The position numbers were made by a program, and so were the translations under genes. DNA of 44,732 bases from a virus. Positions within the stretch are counted from its first letter, which is position 1. Each line of letters begins with the position of its first letter. Of the stretch, positions 1 through 6,729 are shown piece by piece. The stretch lies in the IMG/VR virus record IMGVR_UViG_3300000948_000001, positions 1 to 44,732 of that record. One strand, given 5' to 3'. The notes beneath the pieces were generated by a model. It was not told the DNA's origin and ran no database searches. It saw only the letters and a list, made by a program, of their open reading frames with translations.

Positions 1-42
1 TATTGATGCAAGGCCTTGGTGGTCGTTTTCTATACATGTATG
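1..42. repeat. Terminal direct repeat, identical to 44691..44732 (circular closure or assembly overlap)
   Basis: Read directly: TATTGATGCAAGGCCTTGGTGGTCGTTTTCTATACATGTATG occurs at both ends of the window. Confidence 0.95.
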
Positions 43-830
43 AGCAAAAAAGGAAAAAACAGAAAAGATTGAACGAAAGAAAGCGAATTGATTTTCCTGA
101 AAGAGCAAAAGAATTCATTAAGTTTTGGGGAAACATGGAAATCATCAAAGAAGATGTTTCCATTGATGACATTCCACAAAGATTGAGGCCAAAGGGTATT
201 ACATCTTTAAGTGATGTAAAAGAAGCAAGCGAAGATACTGAAAAAGTAAGAACTCTTAAGCTTATGTTTGATAAGCCGGTGGTTAAAGAGTTCACGCTGA
301 CAGAGAAAGCTGAAGACTTATACGAAAACCTTCGAGTAGATGAATATCATGAGATTGCTGAAAACGTTGGTGATCTTCTTTTACCTGTCGTTAACCGGAT
401 GGGTGAGAATATGGTGCGGCTTGCTCAAATCCACTGGGCAGCAAGGACCTTTGACGAAGTCGATCCAATGCACGATGAAATAGAGCTTAATGAAGCTGAT
501 ATCAAATGGGCAGATCAATACGTTAAGGCGTCTCTTTTTGAGGCATCAAGGTTGTTTGGTGAAACGATTGTCCACAATGAGTTTGAAAAGGACGTGGTTA
601 AGGTTAAGAAGATGCTTAAAAAGGCAGCTAACAAAACCTTATCTGCAACCCAGATCACAAGAAAGTTCCAACATAGGACTTCAGATTACCTCTACAACGA
701 GAAAAGGGGCGTTCTGCCTTATCTAATTGATGCAAAGCTAGTTTATGTCATCCCGGTATCTGAGATTGATCCAGATGCCCAAAATCGACCCGGAAAACAG
801 GCAACCTACTACAGGCTTATCGAGTCCTAA
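3..830 (+). CDS. C-terminal part of the primase-polymerase/DUF3987-type helicase (continuation of 43214..44732 across the junction)
   Basis: The frame of 43214.. is open to the window end and is the same frame as 3..830 once the 42-bp overlap is collapsed. The LGGRFLY segment resembles DUF3987. Confidence 0.85.
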   Translation: MMQGLGGRFLYMYEQKRKKQKRLNERKRIDFPERAKEFIKFWGNMEIIKEDVSIDDIPQRLRPKGITSLSDVKEASEDTEKVRTLKLMFDKPVVKEFTLTEKAEDLYENLRVDEYHEIAENVGDLLLPVVNRMGENMVRLAQIHWAARTFDEVDPMHDEIELNEADIKWADQYVKASLFEASRLFGETIVHNEFEKDVVKVKKMLKKAANKTLSATQITRKFQHRTSDYLYNEKRGVLPYLIDAKLVYVIPVSEIDPDAQNRPGKQATYYRLIES

Positions 831-857
831 TAATTCTTCAATCAAATCTCTAATTGT

Positions 858-953
858 TAATTGTTCATATCTGCAGTTTTATGGCGTTGTTTAATTTTTA
901 TACTAATGGTTCATAAGTTCATGTAAACTTCAATAGCCAAATATGAACAATTA
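858..953. repeat. 13-bp perfect inverted repeat TAATTGTTCATAT (858..870) / ATATGAACAATTA (941..953)
   Basis: Read directly. Extra TTCAT copies lie at about 909..923. Confidence 0.9.
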
Positions 954-990
954 GATGGCCAAAAAACGAGCAAGAGAGAGTAAAAGTATA

Positions 991-1037
991 GTATTATTAA
1001 TTATTTATATATATATATATATTATGTATTATTAATT
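991..1037. repeat. 12-bp direct repeat GTATTATTAATT (991..1002, 1026..1037) flanking a (TA)8 microsatellite (1006..1022)
   Basis: Read directly. Confidence 0.9.
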
Positions 1038-1141
1038 CTTCATATTTTCACTACCCATATATACCCTTTGTCTTTTTCTGTATACTTTTTGTCCTTTTGC
1101 TTCAGAAGGATATATAGACCCTTGAAAAATGAAGAATTAAT
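1031..1141. repeat. 13-bp perfect inverted repeat ATTAATTCTTCAT (1031..1043) / ATGAAGAATTAAT (1129..1141) enclosing about 85 bp with TTGTC(T/C)TTTT direct repeats
   Basis: Read directly. Confidence 0.9.
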
Positions 1142-1235
1142 AACTGATCAAATGCACAGTGCCCTTAGAAGCTCTGTATTGCTTCTAATCATTTATGTAA
1201 TACAAAACAATGACCATAACCGTGTTTGTAGATGC

Positions 1236-1303
1236 CTGTAATCATTGGTGTAAAAAATACTATTAAATGTATTACGAAAAATACCGTATAGTAATATATA
1301 AGG
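1236..1303 (+). promoter_or_regulatory. Early promoter/operator cassette, copy 1 (TTACGA 1272..1277, 17-nt spacer, TATATA 1295..1300)
   Basis: About 68 bp similar to 2188..2254. It has a sigma70-like -35/-10 pair with 17-bp spacing and an AATAC-N8-GTATT inverted repeat over the -35. The gene starts 30 nt downstream. Confidence 0.6.
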
Positions 1304-1329
1304 CAATTGATTAAAAGGGAGCCAACAAA

Positions 1330-1584
1330 ATGAACAAATTCAACAAATGGTTAGACACATTCATAGAAGAAAAAGAATTAGACATTTACGAGCAATACCA
1401 AATCGAAGGACCAAGTGGCTTAAATTTCATCAATAATGAAGTTGTCATAGATTTCATCAAAAACCTAGACACACAAAATCAAGAAAAGATTAAAAATAAA
1501 ATCGTTTTGATTGATATGAGAAGTGGTCGCAACTCAGATATAAACAATTTCTTTAAATATATAGCCACAGCAATTGCCAAATAA
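1330..1584 (+). CDS. hypothetical early protein (84 aa)
   Basis: ORF with an AAGGGAG RBS, downstream of promoter cassette 1. Confidence 0.7.
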   Translation: MNKFNKWLDTFIEEKELDIYEQYQIEGPSGLNFINNEVVIDFIKNLDTQNQEKIKNKIVLIDMRSGRNSDINNFFKYIATAIAK

Positions 1585-1587
1585 TCC

Positions 1588-1612
1588 AACTATACGGAAA
1601 TTTCGGATAGTT
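1588..1612 (+). promoter_or_regulatory. 25-bp near-perfect palindrome AACTATACGGAAATTTCGGATAGTT (operator or RNA hairpin)
   Basis: The left half is the exact reverse complement of the CCGTATAGT core in both promoter cassettes. It sits between two early genes and is followed by an A-run, not a T-run. Confidence 0.5.
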
Positions 1613-1635
1613 CAAAAAAACAACAGGAGACAAAT

Positions 1636-1872
1636 ATGAGTAAAACAAAAGCAATAATGATAGCGAATAAGGCAGAAACAGAATCCAAAGGTGCAGTTTG
1701 GTTTCAAAGGGGCGAAAACGGCTCTCTAGTGCTTTGGTTTAAAGGACAGCACATGAAGCATAATGCCGACGTTATTTGGACTCAGCTTATCGAATACAGG
1801 CCCTCAAGCCCAAAGCTCGACAGACTATCAGGCCAATACGTATTCAAAGTTAAAGACGTTTACTCAAACTAA
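1636..1872 (+). CDS. hypothetical early protein (78 aa)
   Basis: ORF with a CAGGAGA RBS. Confidence 0.65.
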   Translation: MSKTKAIMIANKAETESKGAVWFQRGENGSLVLWFKGQHMKHNADVIWTQLIEYRPSSPKLDRLSGQYVFKVKDVYSN

Positions 1873-1890
1873 CCTAAAAAGGATCCAAAA

Positions 1891-2175
1891 ATGGAAAAAG
1901 AACAATTAATCAAAATGACCCAAGGAATGCTCTCAAACATGATGTCTAAAAGAGATGATTTTAAAGATATATGCGATTTCGAAGACATGATTATTGACTC
2001 AGTCATGCAAATAGCATCAAGCATGGAAATATCAGCACCAGAGTACATGGAGCTACTATACAAAGTTAACCCAAGCCTATCAAAATTGGTCACAGCAACC
2101 ATTAATGAAGCCTTTGGTATGGAAATGGAACAAGAACAATTGTGTGTTTGTAATACTAATACACCAAACTATTAA
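1891..2175 (+). CDS. hypothetical acidic early protein (94 aa)
   Basis: ORF with an AAAGGA RBS; D/E/M-rich. Confidence 0.65.
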   Translation: MEKEQLIKMTQGMLSNMMSKRDDFKDICDFEDMIIDSVMQIASSMEISAPEYMELLYKVNPSLSKLVTATINEAFGMEMEQEQLCVCNTNTPNY

Positions 2176-2187
2176 GCTCTTATGTCA

Positions 2188-2254
2188 CTGTAATTGCTTG
2201 TGTTTTAATGAATACTAAAAGTATTACGATTTATGCCGTATAGTATATATAACC
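2188..2254 (+). promoter_or_regulatory. Early promoter/operator cassette, copy 2 (TTACGA 2223..2228, 17-nt spacer, TATATA 2246..2251)
   Basis: Paralogous to 1236..1303. A perfect AATACT-AAA-AGTATT palindrome (2211..2225) overlaps the -35, and CCGTATAGT lies at 2236..2244. Confidence 0.6.
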
Positions 2255-2271
2255 ATTAGGGGACTAGCAAA

Positions 2272-2550
2272 ATGGAAAAAACAACAAACGAACTACTTAG
2301 CCAAATCATCTTAGAAAAAAAACCAGAGCCAAAAGACATCACCGAAGAACTAACCTTTAAAGCAGTCATTAAATGGAGAGGCAAAAAGAAAATTACAAAT
2401 ATGAAAGTCCGATCACCAAGACAAGGACAATCAAAAAAACTCGTATACTTAGCCGTAGATTACTGCATATACCTTACCGCTGAACACACCTACCCACTAT
2501 CACTTGATGGACTTAGAAACTTTGAAGAACTCAAAGAAGCATGTGCATAA
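2272..2550 (+). CDS. hypothetical early protein (92 aa)
   Basis: ORF with an AGGGGA RBS, downstream of cassette 2. Confidence 0.65.
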   Translation: MEKTTNELLSQIILEKKPEPKDITEELTFKAVIKWRGKKKITNMKVRSPRQGQSKKLVYLAVDYCIYLTAEHTYPLSLDGLRNFEELKEACA

Positions 2551-2603
2551 TTTGAAATAAAAAGTAATACTATACTAAACACAATTTAATTAGGGACTAA
2601 AAA

Positions 2604-2735
2604 ATGAGCAAAGAGCTTTATTTAAAACAAATGGTCGAACAACTGGTAAGCCTAAACCATAACCTTGGTTTCCTTACAAATGCTATAGAATCACTCATTG
2701 AAGAAGAATACGAAGAAGAAGAAATAGAGGAATAA
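2604..2735 (+). CDS. small acidic hypothetical protein (43 aa), not in the supplied ORF track
   Basis: ATG preceded by TAGGGAC. It fills the gap exactly up to the next gene start (2738). Hand translation: MSKELYLKQMVEQLVSLNHNLGFLTNAIESLIEEEYEEEEIEE. Confidence 0.5.
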   Translation: MSKELYLKQMVEQLVSLNHNLGFLTNAIESLIEEEYEEEEIEE

Positions 2736-2737
2736 AA

Positions 2738-2935
2738 ATGACTAAAATACCACCGAACGCAGTATTCCTAGGTGACGGTGCATACGTCTACCACGATGGG
2801 TACTCGTTCGTTGTCTTTACTTACGATGGAATGAAAATGCTTAACCAAGTATACCTAGAGCCGTATATGATCGACAAACTAAAAGAGTTTAGCGATGAAC
2901 TATATAAACCAAAACGAAAAATCATAGAGGACTAA
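2738..2935 (+). CDS. hypothetical protein, GDGAY/FTYDG family (paralog of 36645..36842)
   Basis: Shares the GDGAY...FTYDG.K..N.V motifs with the minus-strand 65-aa ORF. Confidence 0.7.
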   Translation: MTKIPPNAVFLGDGAYVYHDGYSFVVFTYDGMKMLNQVYLEPYMIDKLKEFSDELYKPKRKIIED

Positions 2936-2939
2936 AGTA

Positions 2940-3140
2940 ATGGGATTTTTTAACGATCTATATAGAAAGATCATGCAAAAAATTGATAGCAGAAAAACCG
3001 ATTGGCACGAAATAGCAAAACAAATGGACGAAGAACATAGAATCAAAAAAGAGATGGAAGATAACGCCGAAAACCAAGACCTAAAAGAAGAAATGGTTTG
3101 GACAGACTTTAAAGACATAAGGCTTGATAAAAATGACTGA
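2940..3140 (+). CDS. hypothetical protein (66 aa)
   Basis: ORF tightly packed in the operon. Confidence 0.55.
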   Translation: MGFFNDLYRKIMQKIDSRKTDWHEIAKQMDEEHRIKKEMEDNAENQDLKEEMVWTDFKDIRLDKND

Positions 3141-3474
3141 AGATAAACATGGGTTCGAATTCGTTGACCGAAAAGAAGTAAGCGAACTAGTTGAGGTTAA
3201 AATAGAGGAATACCACAACGCAGTTAAAAGTAAGATGCTTATCGTTAACTTTTTATTCGTAGTAGGGTTGCTGACAATCATTTCAGCCTTTTTTTTAATC
3301 GCACTACCGTCATGTAAAACTATTAAAGACAAAAACACGAACGGCCTAAACGAAGAACAAAGCGAAGAATATTACGAATGCATACAAGAAGGCGAAGACT
3401 ATAACAGGTGTTGGTGTTTCGCAAAACACGGTAGCGAAGAAATTAAAGTAGATATATGTAATGGAGAACTTTAA
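3124..3474 (+). CDS. hypothetical membrane protein (116 aa, one TM segment, Cys-containing C-terminus)
   Basis: Hydrophobic stretch LIVNFLFVVGLLTIISAFFLIALPS. Confidence 0.6.
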   Translation: MIKMTEDKHGFEFVDRKEVSELVEVKIEEYHNAVKSKMLIVNFLFVVGLLTIISAFFLIALPSCKTIKDKNTNGLNEEQSEEYYECIQEGEDYNRCWCFAKHGSEEIKVDICNGEL

Positions 3475-3740
3475 TGTGGATTAATTTAATATGTGACCAC
3501 GAGAAAAAAAACTATTTAGTAAACCTAGATCGAGTCCTGTTAATTTCAAAACAATGCAAAGAAAAAGAAGCAACAACTGATTTCCTAAAGGAACACTTTA
3601 AATCATTGCCAGATTATTCAGTTTTGTTTGAATGTTACGATGAAACGTCAGCAAGAATTTATTATGAAGAAGAACATATCAGAGATCAGGTTTTTGATGA
3701 AATAATGCAAAATTTAATAAAGAGAAAAGACATATGTTAG
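3474..3740 (+). CDS. hypothetical protein (88 aa)
   Basis: ORF with a TAATG stop/start overlap with the previous gene. Confidence 0.6.
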   Translation: MWINLICDHEKKNYLVNLDRVLLISKQCKEKEATTDFLKEHFKSLPDYSVLFECYDETSARIYYEEEHIRDQVFDEIMQNLIKRKDIC

Positions 3741-3943
3741 GTTGGCGGATGGCCGTTGGTTGTATAGATAACATGGATTGGAAAATGAGGCGAAAATCTT
3801 GGGACAAAGGAATGTTCATATACTACAACCAAAAAGAAAAAAGAAAAAAGAAGTGGAGAGTAGTATACCCAGATGGATGTGAAGACATATTTTATTCACC
3901 AGAATACTCGGAATTCGATTTCGAAGACTGGCAGCTAATGTAA
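3734..3943 (+). CDS. DUF2829-like small protein (Tad2-family candidate)
   Basis: Pattern GW..A....K.RRKSWDKGMFIYY ... EDWQLM matches my recollection of the DUF2829 signature. It is a paralog of 38248..38433. Confidence 0.5.
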   Translation: MLGWRMAVGCIDNMDWKMRRKSWDKGMFIYYNQKEKRKKKWRVVYPDGCEDIFYSPEYSEFDFEDWQLM

Positions 3944-4113
3944 TGAAGGAACAAATGTACAGATACTCAAGAAAAGAAATAAAAAACAAAGTTAAAATGT
4001 TTTCAATGCTAGCCACAGAAATGACAAAAGAATCAAAAGACATGCATATTGTAAGCATGTTTCACCAGTGGAACAAAATCCTTACAAACCTACTTGAAGA
4101 AAAATACGAATGA
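3943..4113 (+). CDS. small hypothetical protein (56 aa), not in the ORF track
   Basis: TAATG overlap with the previous stop; hand-translated open frame MKEQMYRYSRKEIKNK... Confidence 0.45.
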   Translation: MKEQMYRYSRKEIKNKVKMFSMLATEMTKESKDMHIVSMFHQWNKILTNLLEEKYE

Positions 4114-4200
4114 GCTGTTTGATAACGAAAAACGGGAAGACCAAACAGCCCAAACGAAGCCTTCAAAACTCAGTACGATTATAAACTAAAAGGAAGCATT

Positions 4201-4473
4201 ATGCTAAACGATCACGACCAAGAAAACATTGATGAACTACAACACGCAGCAAGCGAAATATTAGAAATCTTTACAAACTGTGTGCAAGGAAGAATAGAAG
4301 ACGCCGCAATGATAACAGCGGTATCAATACTAGAAAGCGTAATACTAACATCATTCGCAAGGAACGTTGAAATAGACAGCTTTATGGAAGCTATAAATAG
4401 CTTCATAAAATCAATAAAACACAACGCATATACAATTGAGAGCGAAATAGCATCAGGAAAACTTGAAATATGA
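4201..4473 (+). CDS. strongly acidic hypothetical protein (90 aa)
   Basis: AAGGAAG RBS. Hand count: about 16 D/E against 5 K/R. Confidence 0.65.
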   Translation: MLNDHDQENIDELQHAASEILEIFTNCVQGRIEDAAMITAVSILESVILTSFARNVEIDSFMEAINSFIKSIKHNAYTIESEIASGKLEI

Positions 4474-4610
4474 ACGAAGCACCAATAAATCCACCAGATC
4501 AATGCCCACAATGTGGATCGCTTTCATACAATATGGTCAAAAACATATGTAATAATTGCAATACGGAAAACTACGTTGAACACTTAATTTCACAAGAAAA
4601 GGAGCAATAA
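4470..4610 (+). CDS. small zinc-ribbon-like protein (46 aa), not in the ORF track
   Basis: ATGA overlap with the previous stop; CPQCG...CNNC motifs; ends 1 nt before the next ATG. Confidence 0.5.
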   Translation: MNEAPINPPDQCPQCGSLSYNMVKNICNNCNTENYVEHLISQEKEQ

Positions 4611-4802
4611 ATGGAAAAGAAAAAAAAGACTAGAAAAAGGAAAGATCCATCACAGCTCAAAAAAGTTAAATCAATTAGATTAGACGACGCCACAGAAAGA
4701 TTAATACTTAAAAAATACAATGGAAGCATACAAGCATGGGTTGACCATCATGCTAAACTAGAGTTTGCAGAAAAGCAAAAAAACACAATTAAAGCAGACT
4801 AG
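4611..4802 (+). CDS. basic ribbon-helix-helix-like DNA-binding protein (63 aa)
   Basis: AAGGAG RBS, a K/R-rich N-terminus, then an RHH-like pattern KSIRLDDATERLILKK...GSIQAWVDHH. Confidence 0.5.
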   Translation: MEKKKKTRKRKDPSQLKKVKSIRLDDATERLILKKYNGSIQAWVDHHAKLEFAEKQKNTIKAD

Positions 4803-4900
4803 AAATATGACGATAAGAATAAGAGAATGACCTTATATAAAACCTTAGCCCTGACTAGTTGTAATACATTGGTCGGGGCAATTCCAATTAAGGGACAGAC

Positions 4901-5584
4901 ATGCTCAGAATCGAAATAAATACCGATGAAATAGCTGAAGAAATAGCACTAATAACAAAAAGAAATGGTCCAGCATCACTTTTAAAAACATCAAGAAACT
5001 CAATGACCAAAGCATTAAGGTCAGGCCGTGAACTTGGTAGGAAAAAGTTAAGAGCAAAACTAAGAGCACCAAGGGGATTAACTTGGACTGTGTATTACAG
5101 AAAAGGTGTAAAAGCAGTACAACCACCACAATCAGGTGACGATACAGAAGGTTACTTAAGAGTTAGTTCAAAGACTAGAGGACTAAAAAACTATACCTCT
5201 CAAGCACAGCTAGACAGACATAGAAGGCAGGCAAACCAACACAGGCCACAGTTTAGAAAGCCAAGGCCAACTTATGCAAAACCACTTAGATTCGAAATAG
5301 TGCCGGGAAGAAAGTTTAGTCTAGAACGTACATATGTAGGCAAAGGAAAAGGCCAGTCAGGTCAACAAGTATTCATAAGGCCAAAGAAAGAAGGTGGTAA
5401 GGTAAGCAGACCATTTGGCCCATCACTTGCCAACCAACTACGATCACAACGAAACACTAATATTAGAAACCTGATGCAAAATAAAATCAGAGACGTTTAT
5501 GTAAATGAATACAAAAGACAAATAAGACTTAAGTTCAAGCGTGCATCCAAGCGAGCTAACAAGAAGTTTATAACACCACGTTAG
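4901..5584 (+). CDS. highly basic protein, possibly lambda gpZ-like (tail completion) or otherwise virion-associated
   Basis: AAGGGA RBS; R/K-rich. The layout resembles lambda gpZ as I recall it (basic central segment, F.I.PG+.F....G......VF.R). Confidence 0.3.
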   Translation: MLRIEINTDEIAEEIALITKRNGPASLLKTSRNSMTKALRSGRELGRKKLRAKLRAPRGLTWTVYYRKGVKAVQPPQSGDDTEGYLRVSSKTRGLKNYTSQAQLDRHRRQANQHRPQFRKPRPTYAKPLRFEIVPGRKFSLERTYVGKGKGQSGQQVFIRPKKEGGKVSRPFGPSLANQLRSQRNTNIRNLMQNKIRDVYVNEYKRQIRLKFKRASKRANKKFITPR

Positions 5585-5611
5585 ATCGAACGTGTTGAGT
5601 CTAAGGCTCTC

Positions 5612-5634
5612 GCCTACGTAGATTCGTTCTAAGC
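5612..5634 (+). repeat. 23-bp direct repeat GCCTACGTAGATTCGTTCTAAGC, copy 1 (candidate TerS-binding R site)
   Basis: Identical copy at 5664..5686; upstream of the Nu1-like terS. Confidence 0.85.
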
Positions 5635-5663
5635 ATAAGCAAGTATAATCATTAGGCATTCTG

Positions 5664-5686
5664 GCCTACGTAGATTCGTTCTAAGC
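5664..5686 (+). repeat. 23-bp direct repeat, copy 2
   Basis: Identical to 5612..5634. A degenerate third copy (CGCCACAGGTTCGTTCTTAGA) lies at about 5863..5883. Confidence 0.85.
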
Positions 5687-5740
5687 TAACCCACTACAAT
5701 CATTGATATAATAAACCCCAAAAATAGCACAATCGTCTGC

Positions 5741-5820
5741 CAATTCCCCTAACCCCCGGGTATTACATAGGTTCTTTTGGAGCCCCCCGCTACACGGGCT
5801 GTTAAGCTCACCAAACCTCG
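5741..5820. other. GC-rich island, candidate cosN (cohesive-end cleavage) region
   Basis: CCCCCGGG (5753..5760) and GGAGCCCCCCGC (5779..5790) sit in an otherwise AT-rich intergenic region just upstream of the terS/GpA-type terminase genes. Confidence 0.35.
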
Positions 5821-5999
5821 CATATTTTTCAAAATTTTGAGGTGATTTATTGTTTGGCAGAACGCCACAGGTTCGTTCTTAGAATCAATACAAGGCAGGC
5901 TAAAAAAACATCAGTTATATTGTGTGTTTACAAAATTGTATATACCCTCTGTAAAGATAAGCATCAAAAAAATGAATACAGAACTTGGATAAAAAATAA

Positions 6000-6539
6000 A
6001 TGTCAACTGAAAAAAATAAAGAAAGAAATGTTATTTCGATTGCCGAGGTTTCAAGAAGATACGGTATTTCGAAACCCACGATTTCAAAGTGGATGGATCA
6101 AGGCAAGCTTCCGCATCGTATGAATTCCAAAAACAATAGGGAGCTTCTTCGTGAAGAAGTAATACCTTTAATGGATCAATACGTAAAAGACAAACACGAA
6201 AAAAAATTCGGTGGCAGAGCTGCCGTCGCCGAGCAATACAACTCTGCCAAAGCCTTGCGTGAGAGCTACAACGCTAGAATACAAAAGCTAACTTACGAGA
6301 CGAAGCTTAAGAAGCTTATTAGTGTCGAGGTTGTAGAGAAAAGATTGTTTGAACTTGCATTACAAATTAGAGATTCTATTTTAAATATTCCAAATAAAGT
6401 TTCGCCGGAGCTTGCTTCGATGAAAAACGAAAAGAAAATCAATGCATTTTTAGATGCCACTTTGCGTGAAGCCCTTGAGGCAATCAGTGAGGGGGAATTT
6501 GAAAAGTTTAGGAAAGGGAAATTACGTGGGACTGATTAA
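6000..6539 (+). CDS. terS: terminase small subunit, Nu1-like (N-terminal wHTH)
   Basis: The N-terminal ISIAEVSRRYGISKPTISKWMDQGKLP helix-turn-helix resembles lambda Nu1; position upstream of terL; coiled C-terminal half. Confidence 0.65.
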   Translation: MSTEKNKERNVISIAEVSRRYGISKPTISKWMDQGKLPHRMNSKNNRELLREEVIPLMDQYVKDKHEKKFGGRAAVAEQYNSAKALRESYNARIQKLTYETKLKKLISVEVVEKRLFELALQIRDSILNIPNKVSPELASMKNEKKINAFLDATLREALEAISEGEFEKFRKGKLRGTD

Positions 6540-6729
6540 GGTTTTAGAGAATTACCAGCACGGCAGGGTCGATGCTATCACGACGATTCGGGACATCACC
6601 CGAGCAATTAGTCGTGATTATGCTGTGGAAACTTTGGCAGTAGTAAACCTGATAACTAAAATTGAGCAAGGTGATGAATCACGTTCCATGATCACTAGAT
6701 TAATAGGGGGCATAAGCGTATGGAAGTAA
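6526..6729 (+). CDS. hypothetical small protein (possible GTG start)
   Basis: Open frame bridging terS and the ParB-like gene, with GTG 6526 after AAGGGAA. The ATG at 6454 would overlap terS by 86 nt. Confidence 0.3.
   Translation: MGLIKVLENYQHGRVDAITTIRDITRAISRDYAVETLAVVNLITKIEQGDESRSMITRLIGGISVWK

Larger units (their letters stand above)
831..1235. promoter_or_regulatory. AT-rich non-coding region, candidate replication origin
   Basis: About 400 bp with no ORF directly after the primase-helicase gene. It contains a (TA)8 tract, GTTCAT-type repeats and two 13-bp inverted repeats. Confidence 0.4.

Noticed and set aside
1006-1022. The (TA)8 tract and nearby repeats as a CRISPR-like or mobile-element signature.
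   Set aside because: The repeats are too short and too few, there is no spacer architecture, and no transposase is present. They fit better as origin or promoter architecture.
3145-3175. GGGTTCGAATTCG resembles a tRNA T-arm (GGTTCGAAT).
   Set aside because: It lies inside a coding ORF, and there is no acceptor or anticodon stem around it. I found no convincing tRNA anywhere in the window.
4110-4184. 24-codon ORF (ATGA-coupled) in the 4114..4200 gap.
   Set aside because: It is too short and featureless to support. The gap may simply hold the RBS or promoter for 4201.
5842-6123. 93-aa ORF spanning the cos-like region and the terS start.
   Set aside because: It starts inside the repeat-containing non-coding region, has no RBS, and overlaps the HTH-encoding start of terS out of frame.
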